Shown here in pieces: positions 28,375 through 38,040 of a stretch of 64,000 nt of DNA; the stretch's first letter is position 1, and each line of letters begins with the position of its first letter. This DNA is from Candidatus Marinacidobacterales bacterium (GTDB lineage: Bacteria > Acidobacteriota > Vicinamibacteria > Marinacidobacterales > SMYC01): positions 4,704,001 through 4,768,000 of the forward strand of contig OZ250169.1 in assembly GCA_965237955.1 (NCBI GenBank), in the 5' to 3' direction. Position numbers and translations under genes: made by a program. The notes under the pieces were generated by a model. It made no database searches. It was not told the DNA's origin and was given only the letters and a program-made list of their open reading frames with translations.

Positions 28375-29148
28375 ATGGCGTCACGGAAGGTTTCCGCCCT
28401 CGTCGTCTTGGGTCTTTGGTTGGGTCTTTGGGCGACGACCCTCGCTCAGGCTCAAACCGACGCTGAGATCGAGGAAGCGATCTCGATCTTCAATCGGTGG
28501 AAAACGCTTCACCAAGAGAAGCGATACGCGGAAGCGATTTCGGAGTATCGAGCTTCGCTCAAGCTCGACCCCGAGAGTCCGTTCGCTCATAACGCTATGG
28601 GACTCGCGCTCGCTGCCGTTGGTGACTTGAAGGGAGCGCTGAAGGCCTTCAACAAAGCGCTCGCGCTCAATCCGGATTTGACCGATGTCTACAACAACAT
28701 TGGCGTGGTCTACAATGAGTTGGGCGAACGCGACAAGGCGTTCGAAGCGTTCGGCCGTGCCGTCAGAAACCCGACCTACCTGACGCCGGAGAAAGCGCTC
28801 TACAACATCGGCAACTTGTATCTCGAAGACGGGAACGCCGAGCTCGCGATGATGCACTTCAAACGCGCCGTCGAGAAGAAGCCGAAGTTCAGTCTAGGCT
28901 ACCGAGGCCTTGGTAAGGTCCATCTCATGATGAACGATCCCGACTTGGCGATGCGGGAGTTCCATAAGGCTATCGAGATCACCGAAGATGATACCGAGAG
29001 CCTCTATCAGCTCGCCCGTTTGCACCAAGAACGCGGCGAGTCCGCCGAAGCGTCCGAGTTCTATCGACGTGTGGTGGAGGTCGACCGCTTTTCTCCGATT
29101 GGAGAGCTGGCGCTCGCTCGTCTGGACTCTTTGAAAAGCGGCAGTTAG
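28375..29148 (+). CDS. Exported TPR protein, Tgl/PilW(PilF)-like secretin pilotin candidate
   Basis: Signal peptide (GGAGG RBS), ~6 TPRs incl. VYNNIGVVY and NPTYLTPEKALYNIG typical of PilF/Tgl; no lipobox Cys seen. Confidence 0.7.
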   Translation: MASRKVSALVVLGLWLGLWATTLAQAQTDAEIEEAISIFNRWKTLHQEKRYAEAISEYRASLKLDPESPFAHNAMGLALAAVGDLKGALKAFNKALALNPDLTDVYNNIGVVYNELGERDKAFEAFGRAVRNPTYLTPEKALYNIGNLYLEDGNAELAMMHFKRAVEKKPKFSLGYRGLGKVHLMMNDPDLAMREFHKAIEITEDDTESLYQLARLHQERGESAEASEFYRRVVEVDRFSPIGELALARLDSLKSGS

Positions 29149-29150
29149 AA

Positions 29151-29182
29151 CAGCCATCAGCCATCAGCCGTCAGCCATCGGC
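29151..29182. repeat. (GCCATCA)n heptamer arm
   Basis: CAGCCATCAGCCATCAGCCGTCAGCCATCGGC filling the intergenic space. Confidence 0.85.
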
Positions 29183-29184
29183 AG

Positions 29185-30054
29185 TTGCACTTGGTAGCCT
29201 CCGGGACCTTTCGCGAGCGGTTGAAGGCTGGTCTTGCTCGGACCAGGGAAGTCCTTTCCCTTGGGGTTTCCGAGACGCCGGATTGGGACGCTCTCGAGGA
29301 ATCTCTTGTTCTTGCGGACGTTGGGATTCCGGCGACTAAGGAAATCCTCGAGCGGTTGCGGGCTCGCGGTAGCGCCGAGGGTCTTCGGGACGAGTTGCTT
29401 GCCATTGTAAACGGTCCCGCGCGCGCGGCCAAGCCCGCTGCTCCGCCGCGGGTCACCATGATCGTGGGCGTCAACGGGGTCGGGAAGACGACGACGGTTG
29501 CGAAGCTCGCAGGATTGGTCGTCGGGAGCGGCGCGAGTGCGATCGTCGTGGCCGCCGATACGTTTCGCGCGGCCGCGCAAGAGCAGCTCGCGACCTGGGC
29601 CGGAAGAGTCGGTGTGGACGTCATCGGCGGCTCGTCTGGACGCGACCCGGCGTCCATCGTGCACGACGGTGTTCAAGCGGGCCTCGCTCGCGGTATCGAC
29701 GAGGTTTTTGTCGACACCGCCGGGCGACTCCACACGAAACAACCGCTCATGGACGAGCTCGCCAAGATCGAGCGCGTCGCGACCCGCGTGGTCCCCGAAG
29801 CCCCTCACGAAACGTTCCTCGTCATGGACGCCACAATAGGAAGCAACGGTCTGATGCAAGCCCGCCAATTCGCACAGGCACTGAACCTTACCGGGATCAT
29901 CCTCACCAAGATGGACGGCACCGCGAAGGGCGGGGTGGTGCTCGCGATTGCGAAAGAGCTGGAGCTCCCGGTGCGTTATGTGGGCGTGGGAGAGAACGTG
30001 GATGATTTGTTGGAGTTCGACGCGGAGGAATTCGTAGACGCGTTGATAGGCTGA
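29185..30054 (+). CDS. ftsY: Signal recognition particle receptor FtsY (NG domain only)
   Basis: GVNGVGKTTT, DTFRAAA, DTAGRLH, TKMDGTAKGG; start uncertain (29185/29191). Confidence 0.96.
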   Translation: MHLVASGTFRERLKAGLARTREVLSLGVSETPDWDALEESLVLADVGIPATKEILERLRARGSAEGLRDELLAIVNGPARAAKPAAPPRVTMIVGVNGVGKTTTVAKLAGLVVGSGASAIVVAADTFRAAAQEQLATWAGRVGVDVIGGSSGRDPASIVHDGVQAGLARGIDEVFVDTAGRLHTKQPLMDELAKIERVATRVVPEAPHETFLVMDATIGSNGLMQARQFAQALNLTGIILTKMDGTAKGGVVLAIAKELELPVRYVGVGENVDDLLEFDAEEFVDALIG

Positions 30055-30062
30055 GTAAGATC

Positions 30063-30209
30063 CGCCATCGGCCATCAGCCGTCGGCCATCAGCCCTCCGG
30101 TATTGACTTCACCTTCGGGTGAAGCGACGGAGTCGATAGCGAAGGTGTTCCTTCCGAGGCGCGGGCGACACGATTCTGCTGATGGCTGATGGCTGATGGC
30201 CGATGGCTG
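30063..30209. repeat. Inverted heptamer-repeat element
   Basis: (GCCATCR)n 30063-30093 vs (TGATGGC)n 30178-30209; interior CTTCACC-TTCG-GGTGAAG tetraloop. Confidence 0.87.
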
Positions 30210-30228
30210 CAGTACTATCCGGATCGAA

Positions 30229-31323
30229 ATGCACACTGACGAAAAACACATGCGGCGCGCCCTCGCTCTCGCGACGCTGGGGCGAGGGACGACGACGCCG
30301 AACCCGCTCGTCGGTGCGGTCGTGGCGCGCGGTGCGCGCGTGCTCGGCCAGGGGTATCACCGGCGTCCCGGCGAGCCTCATGCCGAGGCTCTCGCCCTGG
30401 GGCAAGTCAAAAGTGCGCACGGGGCCACCCTCTACACGAATCTCGAGCCGTGCTGTCACACCGGACGAACACCGCCGTGCGTGGACGAGATCGTCCGCTC
30501 ACGGATTAGCCGTGTGGTTGCAGCGATGCGGGATCCGAACCCACGGGTGAACGGCGGCGGCTTCCGAGCGCTCAGAAGCCACGGCATCGAAGTCGAGATC
30601 GGGCTCCTGCGGGATGAAGCGTCCCAACTGAACGAAGGGTTCACGAAGCGAGCTAAGACGGGGCTTCCGTTCGTGACGCTCAAGGGAGCTCTCAGCCTCG
30701 ATGGGCGCATTGCGACGCGCACCGGCGATTCCAAGTGGATCACTTCGCTCACCGCTCGACGACATGCACGGGTGCTGCGAGCAGAAAACGACGCAATCGT
30801 GGTCGGTATCGGCACTGCGTTGGCCGACGACCCGAGGTTGAATCGTCGACCACGCCTTCCGGGGGCGGCACCGTTCGTGCGGGTGGTGCTCGACGGATCG
30901 TTGCGCCTGCCGCTCGGCGCCAGGCTGGTCACGACCCTTCGGGAAGGACCGGTGGTGGTGTTTTGCGGGCCCAACGGGGCGCCGTCGAAGCGCCGCCGGC
31001 TGTCGGCCGCCGGTATCGACGTCGAGACCGTCGGCCGTCGGCGAGGAAAACTCGACCTCGAAGCGGTTTTGCGGAAGCTCGCCGAGCGCGGTTTGACCAA
31101 GGTTCTCGTCGAAGGCGGGGGAGAGGTCCACGCGAGCTTTCTCGAGCAGGGCCTCGCGGATCGTTTGGTCCTCTACGTAGCGCCGCGCCTCATCGGTGGG
31201 ACGTCGGCGCGGGCGCTCATTGGCGGCCACGGCGTCGGAGGCGTCGGCGAAGCGTCGGTGCTCCGGCAGGCTCGGTGTACGCGCGTGGGAGACGAGTGGA
31301 TGATCGAAGGAGAGCTCGGCTGA
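30229..31323 (+). CDS. ribD: Riboflavin biosynthesis deaminase/reductase
   Basis: PNPLVGAV, HAE, LEPCCH.GRTPPC, SLDGRIA..SKWIT, VEGG. Confidence 0.97.
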   Translation: MHTDEKHMRRALALATLGRGTTTPNPLVGAVVARGARVLGQGYHRRPGEPHAEALALGQVKSAHGATLYTNLEPCCHTGRTPPCVDEIVRSRISRVVAAMRDPNPRVNGGGFRALRSHGIEVEIGLLRDEASQLNEGFTKRAKTGLPFVTLKGALSLDGRIATRTGDSKWITSLTARRHARVLRAENDAIVVGIGTALADDPRLNRRPRLPGAAPFVRVVLDGSLRLPLGARLVTTLREGPVVVFCGPNGAPSKRRRLSAAGIDVETVGRRRGKLDLEAVLRKLAERGLTKVLVEGGGEVHASFLEQGLADRLVLYVAPRLIGGTSARALIGGHGVGGVGEASVLRQARCTRVGDEWMIEGELG

Positions 31324-31964
31324 TGTTCACCGGACTGGTGGAGGCTATGGGAACCATCGAGAGCATCGAGCGCACCGAGCTCAATGAGCCCGATGAGCCC
31401 AACGACAAAGTCGAGCTCGTCGAGCTAACGATCGAAAGCCAAGAGATAGCGCCCTTGCTGAACCTCGGTGATAGCGTCGCCGTTTCCGGGGTCTGTCTCA
31501 CTGCGACGCGTATCGAACCACCCCGGTTTCGAGTCGACGTTGCTCGGGAGACGCTTCGGCGCAGCACGCTCGGCCAGCTGGCCCTGGGTGACGCTGTCAA
31601 TCTCGAGCTTCCGCTCTGTTTCGATGCCCGCCTCGGTGGTCACTTCGTTCAGGGCCACGTCGATGCCCCCGGTCGGGTGACGCACGCGGGTCCTCGAGAC
31701 GGGGACTACGTGCTTTCGATCGAGCACGCCGAAGAGGCGGACCCTCTCGTCGTCGAGAAAGGCTCGATCGCCATCGATGGTGTCAGTCTCACCGTGACCG
31801 GCTGTGGGCCGTCGTGGCTAGAGGTGATGCTCATTCCTCATACACTCGACGTGACCACCCTCGGGCTGCTCACGCCTGGCGACGGCGTCAATCTCGAGTA
31901 CGATATACTGGCAAAATATATGGTTCGGCTCGCGGAGCCTTATCTGGGGAAGCGGTCCGAGTGA
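31323..31964 (+). CDS. ribE: Riboflavin synthase
   Basis: [42 protein letters not shown]; TGATG overlap with ribD. Confidence 0.97.
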   Translation: MFTGLVEAMGTIESIERTELNEPDEPNDKVELVELTIESQEIAPLLNLGDSVAVSGVCLTATRIEPPRFRVDVARETLRRSTLGQLALGDAVNLELPLCFDARLGGHFVQGHVDAPGRVTHAGPRDGDYVLSIEHAEEADPLVVEKGSIAIDGVSLTVTGCGPSWLEVMLIPHTLDVTTLGLLTPGDGVNLEYDILAKYMVRLAEPYLGKRSE

Positions 31965-31986
31965 CGTTTTAACGGGGGTTGCTTTC

Positions 31987-33216
31987 ATGGAACCGCAGAA
32001 GGACGACCGATCGAAGCAATTCGCTTCCATCGAAGCTGCTCTCGAGGAGCTCCGTGCCGGCAAGATGGTGATCGTCGCCGACGACGAAGACCGCGAGAAC
32101 GAGGGCGACCTCACCATCGCGGCCGAGAAAGTTACGCCCGACGTCATCAATTTCATGGCTGTCCACGGGCGCGGTCTGATTTGCATGCCGATGACCGGCG
32201 AGCGACTCGATGAGCTGCGCGTCCCGCTCATGGTCTCCGAGAACACCTCGAGCTATGGCACCGCCTTTTGTGTCTCCATCGAGGCGAAGGCCGGTGTCAG
32301 CACCGGCATCTCCGCTGCCGATCGCGCCCGGACGGTGCTCGCTGCGGTCGACCCGCAGACGACGCCGTCCGACCTCGTTCGCCCGGGCCACATGTTCCCG
32401 CTCCGCGCGAAGGTGGGAGGTGTCTTGCAGCGCGCCGGTCAGACGGAAGCGGCGGTAGATCTCGCCCGCATCGCCGGCCTGTATCCTGCGGGTGTGATCT
32501 GCGAGGTCATGAACGAAGACGGCACCATGGCCCGTGTTCCCGACCTCGAGCGCTTCGCGAAACGCCACGACATCAAGCTGATTACCGTCGCGGATCTGAT
32601 TCGATACCGGTTGCAGACCGAGCGGCTGGTCAAGCGTGTGTCCGAGGCACGTCTTCCCACTGATTTCGGCGAGTTTCGCATCGCGGCTTTCGAAAGCGTC
32701 AACGATGGCACGACGCACATGGCGCTCATTCTCGGCGATATCCGGCCCGAGGACGATATCCTCGTGCGCGTGCACTCGCAATGCATCACCGGGGAAGTGT
32801 TCCATTCCAAACGCTGTGACTGCGGACCGCAGCTCGACGCGGCGCTTAAGCAGATCGGCAAAGAAGGGCGCGGTGTCTTGCTATACCTGCATCAAGAGGG
32901 CCGCGGCATCGGTCTCGTGAACAAGATCCGGGCCTACGCTCTCCAGGACGAGGGCCTGGATACCGTCGACGCGAACGAACGGCTGGGGTTCAAAGCAGAT
33001 CAACGCGAATACGGCATCGGCGCGCAGATCCTGACCGAGATCGGTGTGCGCAAGCTCCGGCTTTTGACCAACAATCCGAGGAAGTTCGTCGCTCTCGAGG
33101 CGTACGGGCTTCGCATTGCGGAACGGGTGCCGATCGAAGTACCCGCAAACGAGGTTTCGGCTTCGTACCTGAAAACCAAGAAGGAACGCCTGGGCCACCT
33201 GCTCGAGAAGGTTTGA
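31987..33216 (+). CDS. ribBA: DHBP synthase / GTP cyclohydrolase II
   Basis: [41 protein letters not shown]. Confidence 0.98.
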   Translation: MEPQKDDRSKQFASIEAALEELRAGKMVIVADDEDRENEGDLTIAAEKVTPDVINFMAVHGRGLICMPMTGERLDELRVPLMVSENTSSYGTAFCVSIEAKAGVSTGISAADRARTVLAAVDPQTTPSDLVRPGHMFPLRAKVGGVLQRAGQTEAAVDLARIAGLYPAGVICEVMNEDGTMARVPDLERFAKRHDIKLITVADLIRYRLQTERLVKRVSEARLPTDFGEFRIAAFESVNDGTTHMALILGDIRPEDDILVRVHSQCITGEVFHSKRCDCGPQLDAALKQIGKEGRGVLLYLHQEGRGIGLVNKIRAYALQDEGLDTVDANERLGFKADQREYGIGAQILTEIGVRKLRLLTNNPRKFVALEAYGLRIAERVPIEVPANEVSASYLKTKKERLGHLLEKV

Positions 33217-33223
33217 CGCTTCC

Positions 33224-33688
33224 GTGATGAACCCCGAGCTCCTCAAACGGGTCCAGCTGTTCGAGGGGCTGTCGGACCCGGAGCTTGCCGAGATTCTCAT
33301 GCTCGGGGCCGTCAAGGAGTACGCCAAAGACGACGTTATTTTCGAAGACGGCGCGCCCGGCGACTGCTTCTACGTGATTTACGCGGGGTCGGTGCGCATC
33401 AGCAAGTTGTTCGAGAACATGGGCGAAGAGGCGCTGACTGTGTTGGGCGCTGGGGATTTTCTGGGCGAGATGTCGTTTTTCGACGACGAGCCACGCTCTG
33501 CGCGCGCGGTCGCTCACGAAGATGCCAAGCTTCTCGAGATCCGAAACCAAGCGCTCAAAGAACATCTCGAGCGACGGCCCGATGTAGCGTTGAAGTTCCT
33601 CTGGGGGTTCGCTCGAACGCTGTCGCAGAGGGTCCGCGACACCAACGAGAAGTTTTCAGCCCTGTTCGCGATCTCCAGGGTTTTTTAG
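33224..33688 (+). CDS. Stand-alone cyclic nucleotide-binding protein (no HTH)
   Basis: VIFEDG.PG..FYVIY.GSV, GDFLGEMS..PRSA phosphate-binding cassette. Confidence 0.88.
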   Translation: MMNPELLKRVQLFEGLSDPELAEILMLGAVKEYAKDDVIFEDGAPGDCFYVIYAGSVRISKLFENMGEEALTVLGAGDFLGEMSFFDDEPRSARAVAHEDAKLLEIRNQALKEHLERRPDVALKFLWGFARTLSQRVRDTNEKFSALFAISRVF

Positions 33689-33770
33689 GTCGGTCGCAGC
33701 TTTCCCTCCCGAAGCCTCAAGTAATGTCTTAGCTCCGGGCACGTACCGCCTCGAACGGCCGGAATCCTCC

Positions 33771-33799
33771 TTGACTTTGACCATGCGGTCTTCTAACAT
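33771..33799 (+). promoter_or_regulatory. Sigma70 promoter of ffh operon
   Basis: TTGACT-17 bp-TAACAT. Confidence 0.6.
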
Positions 33800-33852
33800 T
33801 AGCTGTTGCACTACTTAAAGGGGAGATCCGTCTCCCGAGCCACACTTTAGCC

Positions 33853-35193
33853 ATGTTCGAGCAGCTTTCAACAAAGCTTCAGGGTGCCTTCAAAAAGCTC
33901 CGGGGGCAAGGGCGACTCAAAGAGGAGCACGTCGACAATGCGTTGAAAGAGATCCGCCTCGCGTTGCTCGAAGCGGACGTCCAGTTCGGTGTAGCGCGGG
34001 ATTTCGTGAAGCGCGTGCGCGATCAAGCGGTCGGTGAGGAGATCCTCGGCTCGCTAACGGCCGCCCAGCAAGTGATCAAGATCACGCGCGACGAGATGGT
34101 GCAGCTCCTCGGGGGGCGCCAAGCCGGTCTCGAGCTCAACGATCGGTGGCCCGCGGTCGTGTTGATGGCCGGGCTTCAAGGATCGGGCAAGACGACGACG
34201 TCCGCCAAGCTAGCTCGACTCCTCCGGGAGTCGGGAAAGCATCCGGCCCTGGTGTCGGTCGACGTTCGGCGTCCCGCGGCGCTCGAACAGCTCAAAGTGC
34301 TCGGCGCCACACTCGAGTTACCCGTCATCGAGCCGGAGACACTGGATCCCGTCGCGCGTGCGCGAGAAGCGATGCGCTCCGCCAAAGATCATGGCCGTGA
34401 CGTGCTCATCGTCGACACCGCGGGTCGCATGCACGTCGACGACGAGCTCATGGAAGAGCTCGTCGCTCTCGCCGCTATTACCGAACCCTCGGAAACTTTG
34501 TTCGTCGCCGATGCGATGACCGGACAAGACGCCGTCAAGAGTGCTACCAGCTTCGGGGCATCGGTACGGTTGACCGGGCACGTGCTGACGAAGCTCGACG
34601 GCGACGCGCGTGGTGGCGCCGCGCTCTCGATTGCTGCCGTCACCGGTGTACCCATCAAGTTAATAGGCGTGGGGGAGAAGCTCGACGAGCTCGAGGTGTT
34701 CCACCCCGATCGCATGGCGTCCCGCATCCTGGGGATGGGCGATGTGCTCAGCCTCATCGAGCGTGCGGAGAAATCGTTCGAAGAGAAGGACGCGGTGGAG
34801 CTTGCCCGCAAGATGCAACGGGACGAGCTCACGCTCGAAGACTTCCGCATCCAGCTTCGTCAGATGAAGCGCATGGGGTCGATTCAAGAGCTCATGAGGT
34901 TTCTTCCTGGAGCATCGCAGCTTCCTGCACAAGTCGATGAAGGTGAGCTCCAACGGTTCGAGGCGATCCTCGATTCGATGACGCTCGACGAGCGGAGCCA
35001 TCCCCAGGTCGTCAACGGCTCACGCCGGCGGCGGATTGCCCGCGGCAGCGGTACTGCGGTCTCCGACGTCAACCGATTACTCAAACGGTTTGCCGAAGCC
35101 CGCAAGATGGTTCGGAAACTTTCTCGAATCCAAAAGGGCGGCAAAGGGAGCTCGAAGAAGCTCGCCCAGATGCTCGGTGGATTTGGAAGATGA
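33853..35193 (+). CDS. ffh: Signal recognition particle protein
   Basis: ALLEADV, GLQGSGKTT, DTAGR, TKLDGDARGG, RILGMGD, M domain. Confidence 0.99.
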   Translation: MFEQLSTKLQGAFKKLRGQGRLKEEHVDNALKEIRLALLEADVQFGVARDFVKRVRDQAVGEEILGSLTAAQQVIKITRDEMVQLLGGRQAGLELNDRWPAVVLMAGLQGSGKTTTSAKLARLLRESGKHPALVSVDVRRPAALEQLKVLGATLELPVIEPETLDPVARAREAMRSAKDHGRDVLIVDTAGRMHVDDELMEELVALAAITEPSETLFVADAMTGQDAVKSATSFGASVRLTGHVLTKLDGDARGGAALSIAAVTGVPIKLIGVGEKLDELEVFHPDRMASRILGMGDVLSLIERAEKSFEEKDAVELARKMQRDELTLEDFRIQLRQMKRMGSIQELMRFLPGASQLPAQVDEGELQRFEAILDSMTLDERSHPQVVNGSRRRRIARGSGTAVSDVNRLLKRFAEARKMVRKLSRIQKGGKGSSKKLAQMLGGFGR

Positions 35194-35233
35194 ACATCAA
35201 TAGCGAAACGAAAGGGAGGTGAGTGAGAAATTC

Positions 35234-35473
35234 ATGTTGAGGATACGGCTAGCACGCAGGGGAAGTAAAAAGCGCCCTCATTATCGCATTGTCGTCTCGG
35301 ATTCCACGATGGGCCGCGGCGGCAATATCGTGGAAAGCGTCGGCACTTATGAGCCGAAACCCGCCGAAGCGAAAGTCGAATTGAAGCGGGAACGCATCGA
35401 GTACTGGCTCTCGAAGGGAGCGTCAGCGACGGATACGGTGAAGAGTCTCATCAAGAAGCACAATACTACTTGA
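35234..35473 (+). CDS. rpsP: 30S ribosomal protein S16
   Basis: MLRIRLAR.GSKKRPHYRIVV..YWLSKGA. Confidence 0.97.
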   Translation: MLRIRLARRGSKKRPHYRIVVSDSTMGRGGNIVESVGTYEPKPAEAKVELKRERIEYWLSKGASATDTVKSLIKKHNTT

Positions 35474-35524
35474 AACGCCGGACGGTTCCACGACTCGCGG
35501 GTGCGCTAGCAGGAGGAAGCGGCT

Positions 35525-35755
35525 ATGAAGGAACTGTTGGAGCTCATTGCGAAAGCGCTCGTTGACGATCCGGACGAAGTCTCGGTTTCTGTGGTGGAAG
35601 GAGAACAAACGACCATCCTTGAGCTGCGTGTAGCTCAGGACGATTTGGGTAAGGTCATCGGCAAGCAAGGGAGGACGGCACGGGCGATTCGAACGTTGCT
35701 GTCTGCAGGCGGCACGAAATTGGGAAAACGCTTTCATTTGGAAATCATCGAGTGA
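35525..35755 (+). CDS. khpA: KH-domain RNA-binding protein KhpA
   Basis: [17 protein letters not shown]; position between rpsP and rimM. Confidence 0.95.
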   Translation: MKELLELIAKALVDDPDEVSVSVVEGEQTTILELRVAQDDLGKVIGKQGRTARAIRTLLSAGGTKLGKRFHLEIIE

Positions 35756-35766
35756 GACCATGCGCG

Positions 35767-36348
35767 ATGCCGACCAAGGCGACAAAGCCGATCATGCCGA
35801 TCATTGAAGAGGAACTTCTCGAGTGGGCCGAGCTCGTCGCAATCGGCGTCATCGCGAAGTCCCAGGGACGCGAAGGCGAAGTGGCAGTGAACCCGCTGAC
35901 CGATTTCCCGGAGCGTTTCATCGGCCTTACTCGTGTGTTCATCGAGGGCGCGGGTGGCGAGCCCGTGCCTTTTACCGTGGAAGCCGCCCGCGTGCACAAG
36001 GCTCGCCCGGTCGTGAAACTCGCCGGCGTCTCGGGTATCAGCGAGGCACAGGCGCTAGCCGGGAAGGAAATGCGCATACCGACATCCGAGCTCATCTCGC
36101 TCCCCGATGGGAGCTTCTATCACTTCGAAATCTCGGGATTGCGTGTGGTCGACCGAAACCACGGCTTCATCGGTACTGCCGAGGAAGTGCTGAGAACGGG
36201 CGGGACGGACGTTCTCGTCGTGAGATCGCCCGACGGCGAGGAGCTGCTGCTGCCGTTTTGCTCCGAGATTTGTTGCCGCATCGACCCCGATGCCGGGTGC
36301 ATCGAGGTGGAAGCGCCCGAAGGACTGATTGACGTAAATGCGAATTGA
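35767..36348 (+). CDS. rimM: Ribosome maturation factor RimM
   Basis: IG.I...QG..GEV.V..LTDFPERF, FY..E..G..V, PRC barrel; start uncertain. Confidence 0.93.
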   Translation: MPTKATKPIMPIIEEELLEWAELVAIGVIAKSQGREGEVAVNPLTDFPERFIGLTRVFIEGAGGEPVPFTVEAARVHKARPVVKLAGVSGISEAQALAGKEMRIPTSELISLPDGSFYHFEISGLRVVDRNHGFIGTAEEVLRTGGTDVLVVRSPDGEELLLPFCSEICCRIDPDAGCIEVEAPEGLIDVNAN

Positions 36349-37015
36349 CATCATCACCATCTTCCCGGAGATGTTTCGCGAAGTGTTCGATTTCGGCATC
36401 GTGCGCCGTGCCCGCGAGGCGAACCTCGTGGACGTCCACGTGCATGATCTCCGCGACTTCACGACGGACAAGCATCGCTCGACGGACGATGCACCCTATG
36501 GTGGTGGTCCCGGTATGGTGATGAAGGTCGAGCCCCTGGTCAACGCAGTGGAGGCGATTGCCGCCGCCGAGGGCCGCCTCGTTCTGCTCTCACCGCGCGG
36601 CGTGCCGTTTTCGCAAGATAAAGTCAAAGAGCTTTCTACGGTCGAGCAACTCGTTCTAATAGCGGGCCGCTACGAAGGCGTGGACGAGCGTTTCGCGGTG
36701 GCCACGGGTGCCGAAGAGCTCTCGATTGGAGACTACGTGCTGTCCGGTGGTGAGATTCCGGCGATGGTCGTGGTCGATGCGCTCGTACGTTTGCTCCCGG
36801 GCGCGATCTCCGATCCCGAATCGGCCGAGCAGGATTCGTTCAGCCACGGAGTGCTCGATTGTCCGGACTACACGCGGCCCGAGGAGTTTCGAGGCTTGCG
36901 CGTTCCAGAGGTTTTGCTCTCTGGCAACCACGCCGCCATCCAAAAATGGCGACAACAACAAGCTCTCACCGACACCAAAGTGCGAAGGCCAGAGCTACTG
37001 ACTACAAAAAACTAA
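36338..37015 (+). CDS. trmD: tRNA (guanine37-N1)-methyltransferase
   Basis: DDAPYGGGPGMV, GRYEGVDER, SIGDYVLSGGE. Confidence 0.98.
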   Translation: MRIDIITIFPEMFREVFDFGIVRRAREANLVDVHVHDLRDFTTDKHRSTDDAPYGGGPGMVMKVEPLVNAVEAIAAAEGRLVLLSPRGVPFSQDKVKELSTVEQLVLIAGRYEGVDERFAVATGAEELSIGDYVLSGGEIPAMVVVDALVRLLPGAISDPESAEQDSFSHGVLDCPDYTRPEEFRGLRVPEVLLSGNHAAIQKWRQQQALTDTKVRRPELLTTKN

Positions 37016-37036
37016 ATTAGTGAGAAGGAATCTTCA

Positions 37037-37384
37037 ATGAACGTCATCGATAAATTGGACGCCCGCGAGCTCAAGAGCGATCTCCCCGAGCTCCGGCCTG
37101 GCGACACCGTCAAAGTACACGTCCGCGTTACCGAGGGAGACAAGGAACGCGTTCAGATTTTCGAAGGCATGATCATTGCCCTCAAGGGTAGTGGGCCGCG
37201 CGCCACCATGACCGTTCGCAAGACGTCTTTCGGTACCGGCGTCGAGCGAATCTTTCCGCTTCATGCCAAAACCGTCGATAAGGTCGAGGTCCTGCGCTCA
37301 CACCATGTAAGGCGAGCAAAGCTCTACTTCATGCGGCAGCGCAAAGGTAAGGCAGCCCGGCTTCGGGAGAAGAGAACGTCTTAA
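37037..37384 (+). CDS. rplS: 50S ribosomal protein L19
   Basis: GDTVKVHV..EG.KERVQIFEG, GVERIFP, VRRAKLY. Confidence 0.98.
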   Translation: MNVIDKLDARELKSDLPELRPGDTVKVHVRVTEGDKERVQIFEGMIIALKGSGPRATMTVRKTSFGTGVERIFPLHAKTVDKVEVLRSHHVRRAKLYFMRQRKGKAARLREKRTS

Positions 37385-37403
37385 TGTCTCACTCGGGGAT
37401 GGT

Positions 37404-37946
37404 TGAAATCCCTCGCCTTTAGGAGGCTTGGGGTACGATCCCCAGGTGAAAGGATATCGTAAATCATCGCACACGACGTACCAGTTAAACTATCACTTCG
37501 TATTTATCACGAAGTACCGCAAGCCGGCCTTGAGAGGGGATGTAGCGGTTCGTCTCCGGGATCTCATCCGGGAGATCTGTGCTCGGAACCAGATAGAAAT
37601 ACTGAAGGGTCATGTGCGGCCTGAGCAGTTGCATCTGTTACTGAGCGTGCCGCCGAATTTGTCGCCGAGTCGAGTGATGCAGTTGATCAAGGGTAAGACG
37701 TCGAATCGTCTGATGCGAGACTTTCGGACGATGCGGAAGGAGTTCTGGGGTCGGCACCTATGGGCACGGGGTTACTTCGTGGTGACGACGGGCAACGTGA
37801 CGGATGAGGTGATAGCGAAGTATATAGAGTTGCAAGGTGCCGTGCCCCAGGACGACGATTCTTTCAAGGTTAGCGAGTAGTGAAACGAGGCAAGGACAAG
37901 CCGACTTTAGTCGGCGACGTGAACCCATCGCCTTTAGGCGATGGAG
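37404..37946 (+). mobile_element. IS200/IS605-family element (tnpA only)
   Basis: TTTA-loop hairpins: imperfect left CCCTCGCC-TTTA-GGAGG (37410-37426), right GCCGAC-TTTA-GTCGGC (37900-37915) and CCATCGCC-TTTA-GGCGATGG (37925-37944); exact ends approximate. Confidence 0.88.
37446..37880 (+). CDS. tnpA: IS200-family Y1 transposase (HUH altered to QLH)
   Basis: YHFVFITKYRK, KGKTS, HLWARGYF, YIELQ; codon usage differs from neighbours. Confidence 0.93.
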   Translation: MKGYRKSSHTTYQLNYHFVFITKYRKPALRGDVAVRLRDLIREICARNQIEILKGHVRPEQLHLLLSVPPNLSPSRVMQLIKGKTSNRLMRDFRTMRKEFWGRHLWARGYFVVTTGNVTDEVIAKYIELQGAVPQDDDSFKVSE

Positions 37947-38040
37947 CGCACGCGCTCAGTCAGCATCCAGCATGCAGCGTCCAGTCGTTTTGGAATGTCA
38001 GTCAGGAGTTTTTCGTCGTCTCCGTTGAGCGTATAGACCG

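Noticed and set aside
30063-30228. FMN riboswitch upstream of ribD
   Set aside because: No AGGGC.GGGTGAAA.TCCC or GTCCGGATG-type conserved blocks; the region is a heptamer hairpin element
37880-38040. tnpB/omegaRNA associated with the IS200 element
   Set aside because: No tnpB ORF; right-end hairpins follow the tnpA stop within 70 bp
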